Source: Alphaproteobacteria bacterium (lineage in GTDB: Bacteria; Pseudomonadota; Alphaproteobacteria; GCA-2731375). From it: DNA of 64,000 nucleotides. This document shows positions 33,293 through 44,049 of the stretch, piece after piece. The notes below the pieces were generated by a model. The model was not told the DNA's origin and ran no database searches. It saw nothing but the letters and a program-made list of their open reading frames with translations. The stretch lies in the NCBI GenBank assembly GCA_965225945.1, contig CBDDBZ010000039.1:96001-160000 (forward strand), written 5' to 3'. How positions within the stretch are numbered: position 1 is the stretch's first letter; every line of letters begins with the position of its first letter. Position numbers and translations under genes: made by a program.

Positions 33293-33772
33293 AGCGCGCG
33301 CCAGCTTCGTCATCGCGGTGACGTCAAAATTGCAACGCTTCCGACGGGCCACCGGTGGTAGGCTGGCATTAAGCGCCTCTCTCAAGTATGGTTCGCCGCC
33401 GTCGAGTGAGATCCGATTTGGGCGATCATGCTACGATGTGCGCTGATCGTGCCGTATCGGGAGTCTTTCGGACTGGAGGTCATTGAATTTCATGATTGAT
33501 CGCGATGCCGGGCGAGGCGAGACCTTCAAGCTCTTCTTCATTCCTTGCCTATCCGGTTATCACCCACACCCACTATATGTAGTGTGCACCCATTTTCCTG
33601 AGTAAAGCTCGGTGCAGGTCGAAGCGGAGATATCTCCGGCGATGCCGAGCAGGGACTCGGACGGCATTGTAGCGCCTTTTAGGCGACACTTTAGCGTGGT
33701 GGAAATCCTAATCATTGAGTCGGATTTGGCAAAACGCCACGTTGCATAAAGGACCGTCACTTCATTGAAATT

Positions 33773-34797
33773 GGCTCAATTCGTGAATTGTATGCATTAG
33801 TGATAGAGTGCCTGGAACGTCAGGAGGTTGGGTTATGGACGGCAAGGGTTTCCAGGTGTGGCTTTCGGCGGCGCGCGGGCTGACGCGCGCGCAGCGGCGC
33901 GAGGCGCTCGCGGTGCTGTCGGGCCGGAGCGAGGGCGAGGCATCGAAGGCCGCGATCGAGCTTGGTGTGGACGAGGCCCGGCGCTGTCCGCACTGCGCGA
34001 GCGAAGGGGCGGTTTCGCGCGGTATGGCGCGGGGTCTGCGGCGCTACCAGTGCAAGGGCTGCGGCAGGACCTTCAACGCGCTGAGCGGTACGCCGCTGTC
34101 GGGCTTGCACCACAAGGAACGCTGGCTGTCGTTCGGGGCGTCGCTGGCGAAGGGGGAGACGGTGAAGGCCTCGGCGGCGCGCTGCGACGTGGCGGTGAGC
34201 ACGGCGTTCCGCTGGCGTCACCGGTTTCTGGCGGCGGCGCGGAGCGATTCGGAGGTGCTCAAGGGGATCGTGGAAGCGGACGAGACCTACGTCCTGGAGA
34301 GCCGGAAGGGCGCGCGCGGGCTGGGGCGCAAGGCACGGCGGCGGGGCGGCAAGGCGAAGAAGCGCGGCCTCTCGCGCGAGCAGGTACCGGTTCTCATGGC
34401 GGCGGACCGGAGCGGAACGACGGTCAGCGCGGTGCTGCCCAGGGTCGATGCGGCGGCGCTCACGGCTGCCCTCGACCCGGTGGTCGCGAAGGACGCCCTG
34501 CTGGTCTCCGACGGCGGCGCGAGCTACCCACCGTGCGCCGCCGCGCTCGGGGTGAGCCACGAAGCACTCAACCGCTCGATGGGGGAACGGGTTCGGGGCG
34601 ATCTGCATGTGCAGACGGTGAACAGCCGCCACAGCCGGTTGAAGGACTTCCTGCGTCCCCGCCGCGGCATCGCCACCCGCTATCTGGACAACTACCTGAG
34701 CTGGTTCCACCTCGTCGGCCTCGCCCCCGGCGCCAATGACCGAGCCTGCCTCGCCGCCGCCGTAACAAGGTGACGCATACAATTCACGAATTGAGCC
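33773..34797 (+). mobile_element. IS1595-family element (transposase ORF 33808-34773) nested in the TIR element
   Basis: TIR GGCTCAATTCGTGAATTGTATGC; TTGAAATT duplicated at 33765-33772 and 34798-34805; CPHC..CKGC zinc finger, EADETY, SDG, HVQTVN. Confidence 0.92.
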
Positions 34798-34854
34798 TTG
34801 AAATTTATCTGAAATCGGAGGTGAACGACACCGATGGAATATTCCAGGAAATCA

Positions 34855-35161
34855 GAGCTTCATTGAATTGTAGGATTCGAGTGCCGGATTATTCACAAAT
34901 AGCTCTGTGAGCTGGTTTTCAAGTTCGCTCAATACGTCATATGAAGTAAACGGATTGAGGATCACGTTCTTGCGTGTCAGCTTCGTCTTCGCTGCGACTC
35001 AAAACGCGCAGGAGACTAACAGGCGCGGACGGGTTCTTCGCAACGATTCGTGCCAGCGCGTCGCTTTCTTCGACTAGTGCCGTCAATCGCTCAGACGATG
35101 TCGTTTCATCAGCAGCTTCCCGTCTGGCCGTGGGTTTCTTCGTTTTTCCCTTGGTCGCCAC
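34855..35161 (-). pseudogene. Passenger gene with LRV/HEAT-like NP repeats, frameshifted
   Basis: VAKNPSAPVSLL, then in a shifted frame RKNVILNPFTS and FVNNPALE. Confidence 0.45.
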
Positions 35162-37128
35162 CGTTCCGTCCCCCGATGTTAAGTACGTGACGTGAATTAA
35201 ACTCCGGTTCGGTTTTCAGAACAATCAAGAATTAGCCGGATCGCCTCCTCAATGCGCCTGCGCCGGCCCTTGCCTGCAGTCCAAGGAGACACACTACATA
35301 TAGTGGGTGTGGGTGATAACCGGATAGGCAAGCTTCATTCAGCCCTCTCATTATGATGACGATGGTTATGTCATCCAGTGGCTGCGCTCGGAGATTCCCT
35401 CGAATTCGATGGCCCTGATGAACGGCATCGTGCTGGACTGCATCCAACACCGAGTGTTGGGCGAGGATGTCGAGATCGAAGTGAGCGCCAGCGACGAGAC
35501 CAACACGCGGATCAAGCCCTCCGATATCATCGAGGAAATCAGGCGAGGCGGCGGGAAGGGGCTGGTGGCGCTCGTCGGTGTGCAGTCGAATCAGTTTCCC
35601 CGTGCCCTCGACATCTCGAGACCGCTCAGAGAGGCCGGAATTCCGGTCTGTATCGGAGGCTTCCACGTCAGCGGCTGCCTGGCCATGCTGCCGGACATTC
35701 CCGTCGATATCCGCGACGCCATGGACCTCGGCATCTCGATCTTCGCCGGCGAGGCCGAGGGCCGTTTCGACGAGGTGCTCCGGGACGCCCACGCGGGCCG
35801 GCTGAAGCCGTTGTACAACTACATGACGGCTCTCCCCAATCTGGACGGCGCGCCGATCCCGATTCTGCCGCGTGGCAGCATCGAGCGCACGGTCGACGCC
35901 TTCACCAGCTTCGATTCGGGCCGCGGCTGCCCCTTCCAGTGCAGTTTCTGCACGATCATCAACCTGCAGGGCCGCAAGTCGCGTTACCGCAGCGCCGACG
36001 ACGTCGAGCGAATTATCCGGCAGAACAACGCCCAGGGCATCCGCAAGTTCTTCATCACCGACGACAACTTCGCCCGCAACTCGAACTGGGAGGCGATCTT
36101 CGATCGTCTCATCAAGCTGCGAGAGGTGGACGGTATCAAACTGAAACTGATCATCCAGGTCGACACCCTCTGCCACCGGATCGAGGGGTTCATCGAGAAG
36201 GCGGCGCGCGCGGGCACGAATCGGGTCTTCATCGGTCTTGAGAACATCAATCCGGAGAACCTGTTGGTGGCGCAAAAGCGGCAGAACCGGATCACCGAAT
36301 ATCGCGAGATGCTGCAGGCATGGAAGCAGGCCGGCGTCATGACCTATTGCGGCTACATCGTGGGTTTCCCCGGGGACACGCCCGAACGGGTTCTCAATGA
36401 TATCGAGATCCTCAAGCGCGAACTTCCCATACACTTGCTGGAGTTCTTCTGCCTGACCCCGCTGCCCGGCTCGCAGGATCACAAGGAGCTCGCGGCCAAG
36501 GGCGTGGCGATGGAGCCGGACATGAACAAGTATGACCTGGAGCACGTCTGTACGGCGCACCCGAAGATGAGCGCGCAAGAATTCCAAGAGCTCTATGAGC
36601 GTGCCTGGGACACCTTCTATACGGACGAGCACGTCGAGGCGATCATTCGCCGCGCGGTGGCCTCGGGGATGCGGCCGGGCCCGGTGAAGACGGCGCTCCT
36701 GGAATTTTATGGCTGTCAACGTATCGAACGGGTGCATCCGTTGCAGGGCGGCCTGTTCCGCCGCAAGTATCGGCGGGATCGGCGCTCCGACATGGCGCTG
36801 GAGAGCCCACTGGTCTTCTACCCCCGCTACCTCGGCGAGACGATCCTCAAAGTCACCCGTTTCTGGCTTCTGAAACGACGCTACGACCGCATTCTCGCCC
36901 GAGTCTTGGCAGACCCGGAAAGGGCGCGCTACACCGATTTGTCGATTTCGCCGGTGGTGGCGGAGGAGTTGGACGAGCTCGAGCTCTTTTCCAACTCCGA
37001 CTCGGCCAAGGCCGCCGTCGCAAAGGCACGCCGGCAGCAGCAAATGAGTGCCGCGCACGCCGCCCCGCCCCTCCAAGTCAGCCAGGCATCGTAACCTCGC
37101 GCCTGGTCGGGAGCAGGGAGGCCGGCGC

Positions 37129-38118
37129 TTACCCCGCCCGCATCTCCGCCCACGTCGCGCGCATCCATTCGGTGCAGGCGATGGCCTGCTCGAAGAGGGA
37201 ATAGCCGCAGCCCTCGCCGTAATCGAGATTGGGGATGAACTCGGTGGAGATCTGACCCAGTTGCCCGCTCGCGTCCGCCGCGTGATGGCGCAGCAGGCTA
37301 CGGACCACTTGCTTCCACGGCTCCAGCGCCTCTTCCCGCCACGCGGCGTGGTATTCGCCCGGTTTCGGCCGGACGAAGGGATACTGGATGCCGCGGCCGG
37401 GCTTGCCGTCCTCGCCATGTGCCGCGGTGTTCTTCGGATTGGCGGGGATCGCCGCGCGGGCATGGCAGTGACGCACCCAGCCGGCGTCGATCCAGATGTT
37501 GGTGACGTTTCCTGGCCGGAAGGGGTCGAGCACCAATTCACCCGTCTCGACCGCCGGGCGGATGTTCAGGACTTCCTGTTCTTCCGGATTGTCGATCTTG
37601 AAGATCACGTGGCTGTGGTCGAGCGTCAGGTGAAAATCGACGCCCCTGGCCTCGATGGCGCGAGCGACCGTGGCGACCCGGCGGAAGTCCTCGCTCCACA
37701 TGTTGACGTGGACCTCGAAGCAGGGAGCCACGCCATATTCCTCGCCCCACTCGGCGGCGGCCAGGTAGAACTCGACGACCTCCCGGTCGCTCACCAGGTG
37801 GCCGTCCTCGTGGTGCATCATCACCTGGGTGTTGTGGACCAGCGAGCCGAGCTCCTTGCCCAGCGCGAGGTTCGATTTCAGCAGCGCTTCGTCGCGCCCG
37901 AGGGTGTAGAACCAACCGCCGGCGCGGATCGGCAGATCGTATTTCGCGCTCGCCGCCAGAAACTGTTGCACCTCGTCCGGCGCCGGAGTCTTGTCGACAT
38001 AGTCGAACACGCCGGCGTCCCGGACCATGCGGAAGCGGGTGTCGATGTCGGGCATGGGAGCGTCGTGGCCATGCTTGATGCCGTTGGTCTGGATACCGAA
38101 TTTCAGCTCGTCCGCCAT
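37129..38118 (-). CDS. Xylose isomerase-like TIM barrel protein
   Basis: FEVHVNMWSED, LDHSHVIFK, HCHARA, STEF. Confidence 0.65.
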   Translation of the reverse strand: MADELKFGIQTNGIKHGHDAPMPDIDTRFRMVRDAGVFDYVDKTPAPDEVQQFLAASAKYDLPIRAGGWFYTLGRDEALLKSNLALGKELGSLVHNTQVMMHHEDGHLVSDREVVEFYLAAAEWGEEYGVAPCFEVHVNMWSEDFRRVATVARAIEARGVDFHLTLDHSHVIFKIDNPEEQEVLNIRPAVETGELVLDPFRPGNVTNIWIDAGWVRHCHARAAIPANPKNTAAHGEDGKPGRGIQYPFVRPKPGEYHAAWREEALEPWKQVVRSLLRHHAADASGQLGQISTEFIPNLDYGEGCGYSLFEQAIACTEWMRATWAEMRAG

Positions 38119-38183
38119 GTGGCACTGCTCCCCGGGTCGAAGTCTATATCGGTTGCGGCCGGGCACGCTATGGCGACGTCGGC

Positions 38184-39533
38184 TCACTCGTCGCGGGCGC
38201 GCTGGATGAATTCCTCCAGCCAGTGGATGTGATAATCGCCGTCGATGAAGCCGCCATCGCCCATCAGCGCGAGATGAAGCGGGATATTGCTCTCGATCCC
38301 GCCGACGACGAATTCGTCGAGGGCGCCGCGCAGGCGCATCAGGCATTCGTTTCGGTTGCGGCCTTGCACCACCAGTTTGGCGATCAGGCTATCGTAGTGC
38401 GGCGGCACCTCGTAGCCGGCGAAGAGCGCCGAATCCACCCGCACGCCCAGCCCCCCCGGCGGGTGATATTCGGTGAGCCGGCCCGGCGAGGGCGCGAGGC
38501 TCCAGGGCGCCTCGGCGTTGATGCGGCATTCCACGGCATGGCCCGAGAGTACGATTTCGTCCTGCACCAGGTCCAGGACGCCGCTCTCGGCGATGCGCAA
38601 CTGCTCGCGCACCAGATCGATGCCGGTCACCGCCTCGGTCACCGGATGCTCGACCTGGAGGCGCGTGTTCATCTCGATGAAATAAAATTCGCCGTTGTCG
38701 TAAAGGAACTCCACCGTGCCGGCGCCCCGGTATCCGATCGGGCCGAGCGCCGCCACCACCAGCGCGCCGATCCGCTCGCGGGCGTCGGCGTCGAGCGCGG
38801 GGGAAGGCGATTCTTCCAAGACCTTCTGATGGCGGCGCTGCAGCGAACAGTCGCGCTCGCCCAGATGGACGACATGGCCCCGGCCATCGCCCAGCACCTG
38901 CACTTCGATGTGGCGGGGCCGCTCCAGGTAGCGCTCCAGGTAGAGGGTGTCGTCGCCGAAGGCGGCCAGCGCCTCGGCCCGCGTGGCGGCGAAGGCGCCA
39001 TCCAGCGCGTCGGGCCCGCGCACCACCTTCATGGCGCGCCCGCCGCCGCCGGCCGCCGGCTTCAGCAGCAGCGGATAGCCGATCCGCCCCGCCTCGGTCC
39101 GGGCCTGGTGGGCATCGCGGACCGGACCGTCGCTTCCGGGCACCACCGCGAGGCCGAGGGCGGCGATGCTCCGCTTGGCCGCCACCTTGTCGCCCATCAG
39201 CCGGATGTGCTCGGGCGTCGGGCCGATGAAGACGATCCCGTGCTCCTCGACGATCTCGGCGAAATTCGCGTTCTCGGAGAGGAAGCCATAGCCCGGATGG
39301 ATCGCCTCGGCGCCGGTGATCTCGGCGGCGGCGATGATCGCGGGAATGTTGAGGTAGCTGTCGCGGGCCGCCGGCGGGCCGATGCAGACGCTCTCGTCGG
39401 CGAGGCGGACGTGCATCGCGCGGGAATCGGCGGTCGAATGCACCGCCACCGTCTCGACGCCCATCTCGCGGCAGGCGCGATGGATGCGGAGCGCGATCTC
39501 GCCTCGATTGGCGATCAGGACCTTGGAGAACAC
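38184..39533 (-). CDS. accC: Biotin carboxylase
   Basis: LIANRGEIALR, HPGYGFLSEN, RDCSLQRRHQK, EMNTRLQVEH. Confidence 0.96.
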   Translation of the reverse strand: MFSKVLIANRGEIALRIHRACREMGVETVAVHSTADSRAMHVRLADESVCIGPPAARDSYLNIPAIIAAAEITGAEAIHPGYGFLSENANFAEIVEEHGIVFIGPTPEHIRLMGDKVAAKRSIAALGLAVVPGSDGPVRDAHQARTEAGRIGYPLLLKPAAGGGGRAMKVVRGPDALDGAFAATRAEALAAFGDDTLYLERYLERPRHIEVQVLGDGRGHVVHLGERDCSLQRRHQKVLEESPSPALDADARERIGALVVAALGPIGYRGAGTVEFLYDNGEFYFIEMNTRLQVEHPVTEAVTGIDLVREQLRIAESGVLDLVQDEIVLSGHAVECRINAEAPWSLAPSPGRLTEYHPPGGLGVRVDSALFAGYEVPPHYDSLIAKLVVQGRNRNECLMRLRGALDEFVVGGIESNIPLHLALMGDGGFIDGDYHIHWLEEFIQRARDE

Positions 39534-39545
39534 CGCCGAGGGCGC

Positions 39546-39992
39546 CTATTCGATCACCACCAACACCTCGCCGAACTCCACCGGGCCGGCGTTCTCGACG
39601 AGGATGCGGACGATGGTGCCGTCATGGTGGGCGGGGATCTCGTTGAAGGTCTTCATCGCCTCGATCATCAACACGGTATCGCCCTTGGCCACGACATCGC
39701 CGAGTTCGACATAGGGCGCCGCCCCCGGCTCGGGCGCCCGGTAGACGATGCCGACCATGGGCGAGACCAGCGCGCCGGGATGGCCGTCGAAGAACTCCTC
39801 CGCCGGCGCGGCGGGCGTGGCCGGCGAATTCACCCCGGCGACCGCCGGCGCCTGGGCCACCGTCTGCGTCCGGGGCCGCGCGACCCGAATCCGGCGATCG
39901 TTCTCCTGCACCTCGATCTCAGCCAGGCCGGTCTCCTCCAACAGCGCCGCGAGCTCGCGGATCAGTTCGCGATCGACGTCGAACTTGCCCAT
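39546..39992 (-). CDS. accB: Biotin carboxyl carrier protein
   Basis: SPMVG, EAMKT biotinylation motif. Confidence 0.95.
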   Translation of the reverse strand: MGKFDVDRELIRELAALLEETGLAEIEVQENDRRIRVARPRTQTVAQAPAVAGVNSPATPAAPAEEFFDGHPGALVSPMVGIVYRAPEPGAAPYVELGDVVAKGDTVLMIEAMKTFNEIPAHHDGTIVRILVENAGPVEFGEVLVVIE

Positions 39993-40009
39993 GCGCGCGC
40001 CGCTCCCTT

Positions 40010-40030
40010 CTAGTGGGTTCTATCCACTAG
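40010..40030. repeat. 21-bp CTAG-bounded mini inverted repeat, copy 1
   Basis: CTAGTGGGTTCTATCCACTAG overlapping the aroQ stop. Confidence 0.65.
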
Positions 40031-40473
40031 GTATCCACACTCGCGACCGCTTCCGCCGCCGCCTCTATCGCCGCCAGATAGCCGCGCGCGCCGAAGCCGC
40101 AGATGACGCCCCGGGCGAGCGGGCTGACATAGGAATGATGACGGAACGCCTCGCGCTGGTAAACGTTGGAAAGATGAACCTCCCAGCACGGCAGGTCCGA
40201 GGCGCGAATGGCGTCGTGGATCGCGACCGAGGTATGGGTGAAGGCGGCGGGGTTGATGATCAGCGCCGCCGCCGTGCCGCGCCCTTGCTGGATCCAGGTC
40301 ACCAGCTCGCCCTCGTGGTTGGACTGTCGGAAATCCACCTCGAGGCCGAGGGCGGCACCCCGCTCGCGGCACATCGCCTCGATCTCGGCCAGCGTCAGGC
40401 TGCCGTAATGCTCCGGCTCGCGGGTGCCGAGCATGTTCAGGTTGGGACCGTTCAGCACCAATATCATCGCCAT
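40027..40473 (-). CDS. aroQ: Type II 3-dehydroquinate dehydratase
   Basis: [34 protein letters not shown]. Confidence 0.96.
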   Translation of the reverse strand: MAMILVLNGPNLNMLGTREPEHYGSLTLAEIEAMCRERGAALGLEVDFRQSNHEGELVTWIQQGRGTAAALIINPAAFTHTSVAIHDAIRASDLPCWEVHLSNVYQREAFRHHSYVSPLARGVICGFGARGYLAAIEAAAEAVASVDT

Positions 40474-40664
40474 GCCGAAGCCCCCTCCATGGCCTGCCGC
40501 CACGTCCGACCGATGTGAAACGCCACGTCGACCTTTATAATGGCACGAAGATGGGCGGGAAAGCCGGAATCGGCGTCTCGGGGCGCGTCGGCCCTTGTCA
40601 GCCACGGGGTGGGCACGCATTATCCCGCACCGTTCGAAATCGCGCGAGAGGGGACGTCGAGGCC

Positions 40665-41648
40665 ATGCAAGTGACGATCAACGGGGAAGCACGGCAATTC
40701 CCGACCCCCCTCTCGGTGGTGGAACTGCTCGCCTCGCTCGGCCTCGATGCCCGCAAGATCGCGCTGGAACGGAACCTGGAGATCGTGCCCCGCTCGAGCT
40801 ATGGCGAGGTCATGGTGGGGGACGGCGACCAGCTGGAAATCGTCCATTTCATCGGCGGCGGCGAAGTGCGCGCAGCTGAGGAGGATCCCTTCGTCGTCGC
40901 CGGACGCAAGCTCGAATCGCGCCTCATCGTCGGCACCGGCAAGTACAAGGATTTCGACGAAACCCGCCTGGCGATCGAGGCCTCCGGCGCCGAGATCGTC
41001 ACCGTGGCGGTGCGCCGGGTCAACATCACCGATCCGGGCCAGGAAATGCTGGTCGATTTCGTCGACCCCGAGAAGTACGTCTATCTGCCCAATACCGCCG
41101 GCTGCTACACCGCCGAGGAAGCGGTCCGCACGCTCCGCCTGGCGCGCGAGGCGGGCGGCTGGAACCTGGTCAAGCTCGAGGTGCTGGGCGACCAGAAGAC
41201 CCTCTATCCCGACATGCCGGAGACGCTCGTGGCGGCCCGAGAGCTCATCGCCGACGGCTTCGAGGTGATGGTCTATTGCTCCGACGATCCGATCCAGGCC
41301 AAGCAGTTGGAGGAGATCGGCTGCTGCGCGATCATGCCGCTGGCGGCCCCCATCGGCTCGGGTCTCGGCGTGCAGAACCCGGTACAGATCCGCATCATCG
41401 TCGAGAACGCGAGGGTGCCCGTGCTGGTCGATGCCGGGGTCGGCACCGCGTCGGATGCCACCGTCGCGATGGAGCTCGGCTGTGACGGCGTGTTGATGAA
41501 CACGGCGATCGCCGAGGCCAAGGATCCGATCCGGATGGCGGTGGCGATGAAGCACGCCATCATTTCCGGCCGCCTCGCCTATCTCGCCGGGCGCATGGCG
41601 CGCAAGCTGTACGCCGATCCCTCCTCGCCGCTGGCCGGCCTGATCTGA
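40665..41648 (+). CDS. thiG: ThiS-ThiG fusion (sulfur carrier + thiazole synthase)
   Basis: ThiS domain ending IVHFIGGG, then [27 protein letters not shown]. Confidence 0.92.
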   Translation: MQVTINGEARQFPTPLSVVELLASLGLDARKIALERNLEIVPRSSYGEVMVGDGDQLEIVHFIGGGEVRAAEEDPFVVAGRKLESRLIVGTGKYKDFDETRLAIEASGAEIVTVAVRRVNITDPGQEMLVDFVDPEKYVYLPNTAGCYTAEEAVRTLRLAREAGGWNLVKLEVLGDQKTLYPDMPETLVAARELIADGFEVMVYCSDDPIQAKQLEEIGCCAIMPLAAPIGSGLGVQNPVQIRIIVENARVPVLVDAGVGTASDATVAMELGCDGVLMNTAIAEAKDPIRMAVAMKHAIISGRLAYLAGRMARKLYADPSSPLAGLI

Positions 41649-41753
41649 TCGGCCTCTCCGGCTTAACCGTTTGTCGACAAATCCACCGCATGCTTTGACG
41701 GGAGGCAAAAGGACCGGCGAAAATTGCCGGCCCGCGAAGCGCGAGAAGGCCAT

Positions 41754-42707
41754 ATGACCGTCGATAGCGGCGCCGGTGCGCCATCGCTCCGCGTCCCCTT
41801 CGAAGCCGGCTTCTTCTCCCGCGCGCAGCGTGATCAGGCGGCGCGACCGGAGGCGGCCCCGAATCCTTCCGAGCGGGCCGAGCACGAGGCCGCCGCGCCG
41901 CCGGTGCGCCCGGTGGATCCGCCCGCCCGCGCGGCCGACGAGCAGACGCGCCGGGGCCCCGACTCGCGTTCGGGCCAGCTGCTCTCCTTCGATGCCATCG
42001 CCCAGCTCCAGGGCGAGGACGGTGACGGCGGCATCGGCCCGGGCGGCCTCGACGCGGCGGCACGGGCCGAGGTCCGCGAGCTGAGCGAGAGCGATCGCCG
42101 GGTTCGCGCCCATGAGCGGGCGCACGCGGCGGCGGGAGGTGCGCATGCGGGACTGCCGACCTTCAGCTTCGAGACCGGGCCCGACGGCCGGCGCTACGCC
42201 GTCGCCGGCGAGGTGGCGATCGACGTCAGTCCCGTCGCCGGCGACCCCCGGGCGACGATCGAGAAAGCCGATCAAGTCAAGCGCGCGGCGCTGGCGCCGG
42301 CGGAGCCCTCGCCACGAGACCGCCAGGTCGCCCGGGCCGCCGAGGCGCTCCGGCGCCGGGGCCAGATCGAGCTCGACGATCGGCGTGCCGCCGAAAGTAT
42401 CGGCGCACCGAAGGCCGCGGCCGAGGCGGGCATCGGCAACGGACCGACGAGACCCGCAGCCAGGGCCGACAATGGGCTGGGAAGTGCCGGCCGCAACGAA
42501 GTGGTATCGGGTCTTAGGGCGCCTGGTTCCGCCGAACCGCCGGAGCGGCTCCGAGCCTCGGGCGTCGCCACCGAAGCAGGGCGCCGCGACAGCGAGGAGC
42601 GCCGTGCGCCGGGCATCGATGCAGCCGGCGACGGCAACCCCGACGGCAGCCCGCTCGACGCGACCCCCCGCGCCCGCCCCGGTGCCGGCGTCGACCTGCG
42701 GATCTGA
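41754..42707 (+). CDS. SprA-related family protein
   Basis: [41 protein letters not shown]. Confidence 0.75.
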   Translation: MTVDSGAGAPSLRVPFEAGFFSRAQRDQAARPEAAPNPSERAEHEAAAPPVRPVDPPARAADEQTRRGPDSRSGQLLSFDAIAQLQGEDGDGGIGPGGLDAAARAEVRELSESDRRVRAHERAHAAAGGAHAGLPTFSFETGPDGRRYAVAGEVAIDVSPVAGDPRATIEKADQVKRAALAPAEPSPRDRQVARAAEALRRRGQIELDDRRAAESIGAPKAAAEAGIGNGPTRPAARADNGLGSAGRNEVVSGLRAPGSAEPPERLRASGVATEAGRRDSEERRAPGIDAAGDGNPDGSPLDATPRARPGAGVDLRI

Positions 42708-42811
42708 GACCGGCGCGTCACCTCGAACAAGCAGGGCGGGAGAAGTGCGCGAAGGCAGTAAATTGCATTGCGTGTGTTCCAGCCGCCGATTCGCGTCAAA
42801 CCCGGAGCACT

Positions 42812-43963
42812 CTATTCCGCGAGGCGGTGGACGACGAAGGATTCGTCCAGGAACCAAAGACCGCCGTGGCGCCGCAGCACCTCCGCCGTGGAGTCGAGAT
42901 AGTCGCCCCGGCCGAGCGCGCCGGTCAGCCGATCATCGGGGATCTGGGCGACATAAATCGCCGCGTTCCAGGCGGCCAGCAGGGTCGAGGTGCCGATGTT
43001 GGTACCGAGCTCGTCCGGCAGCGCGTGCAACCGGTAGCGGAACAGCGCGCCCTCGTCGTCGGCTCCGCTGTAGCGCAGGTCGGGCAACTCCTCGCCCAAC
43101 GTCGCGCTCAATTCCACGATCAGCTCGTGCCCGGGCGTGCGGAAAGGGTCTTCGTCCGGCCAGACCTTGCGCACGATCTCCATCCCCGGGTCGCGCCCGG
43201 TGGCCTGGATCACGACCATGCGCCCGCCGGGGCCAAGCGCGCGGGCCAGTGGTGCCAGCACGTTGCGGACCTTGGTCCGCGCATCCAGCCGGGCGCGGTA
43301 GGGTTGCGAGGCGACGACCAGGTCGTAGTCGGCCTCGATTCCGTCCGTCCTCGGCATCAGTCGGTCGAGCACGAAGCGCTGGTCGGCCCGGTAGAACACC
43401 ACGACCGAGGGCTCGACATAGAGCGGATTGCCGGTGCGTTCGCTGGTCCGGGTCCGCCAGTCCTCGGCGAGCTTGGGCAACAGGTCGCGGATCTGCCGGT
43501 CGAACGCGTGCGCCGTCGTCCCCTCGAGCGGCACATCCCACCAGTTGAGCGCGTCGCGCGCCGCCGCCTCGCGGGGCCTGAGCCAGGGCGCCTCGGAATA
43601 GAGCATGTTGGTGACCACGAGCACGGTCTGGGGATGTTCGTGAAAGCGGTCCGCCATCTTTTCCAGGGCGAGGCGGATATCCTCGAGGCTGATCTCCTTG
43701 CAGACGATGAAGAACGGCACGGTCGGAAAACAGCCATGGGCGTCGCGCAGCACCCGGATGAGCACGCTCGCATCGCCCATGCCGGCATCGAAGATGCGCA
43801 AGCCCGGGGGCTGGGGGGCCAGCTCCCGCAGCTCGGCCCCGACGCGCTCGGCGATGGCCCATTTCTCGCTGCAGGTGGTGACGAACAGGAGAAATTTCTC
43901 CCGGTTGTCGAAGAAGCGAAAGTGCCGTGGCGTCGCCGCGCCCCCATCGCTCGTCACCATCAC
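42812..43963 (-). CDS. Conserved hypothetical protein, methyltransferase-like
   Basis: IFDAGMGDA resembles SAM motif I; host-like codon usage. Confidence 0.6.
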   Translation of the reverse strand: MMVTSDGGAATPRHFRFFDNREKFLLFVTTCSEKWAIAERVGAELRELAPQPPGLRIFDAGMGDASVLIRVLRDAHGCFPTVPFFIVCKEISLEDIRLALEKMADRFHEHPQTVLVVTNMLYSEAPWLRPREAAARDALNWWDVPLEGTTAHAFDRQIRDLLPKLAEDWRTRTSERTGNPLYVEPSVVVFYRADQRFVLDRLMPRTDGIEADYDLVVASQPYRARLDARTKVRNVLAPLARALGPGGRMVVIQATGRDPGMEIVRKVWPDEDPFRTPGHELIVELSATLGEELPDLRYSGADDEGALFRYRLHALPDELGTNIGTSTLLAAWNAAIYVAQIPDDRLTGALGRGDYLDSTAEVLRRHGGLWFLDESFVVHRLAE

Positions 43964-44049
43964 CCGCGCCTTTCAAACCGTTGCCGAGGACGCTGCGCCT
44001 CGGCACAATCCAGGCCCGCTTCGTCGTCAACGTCGCCAGGAGTCGCGCC

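Larger units (their letters stand above)
33544..35332. mobile_element. Non-autonomous element with perfect 43-bp TIRs and 8-bp target duplication CTTCATTC
   Basis: 33544-33586 is the exact reverse complement of 35290-35332; CTTCATTC at 33536-33543 and 35333-35340. Confidence 0.92.
33492..37094 (+). pseudogene. Radical SAM protein (B12-binding type) split after codon 17 by a nested insertion
   Basis: MIDRDAGRGETFKLFFI joins QPSHYDDDGYVIQW in frame; GRGCPFQCSFC motif; 35409-37094 remains open. Confidence 0.88.
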
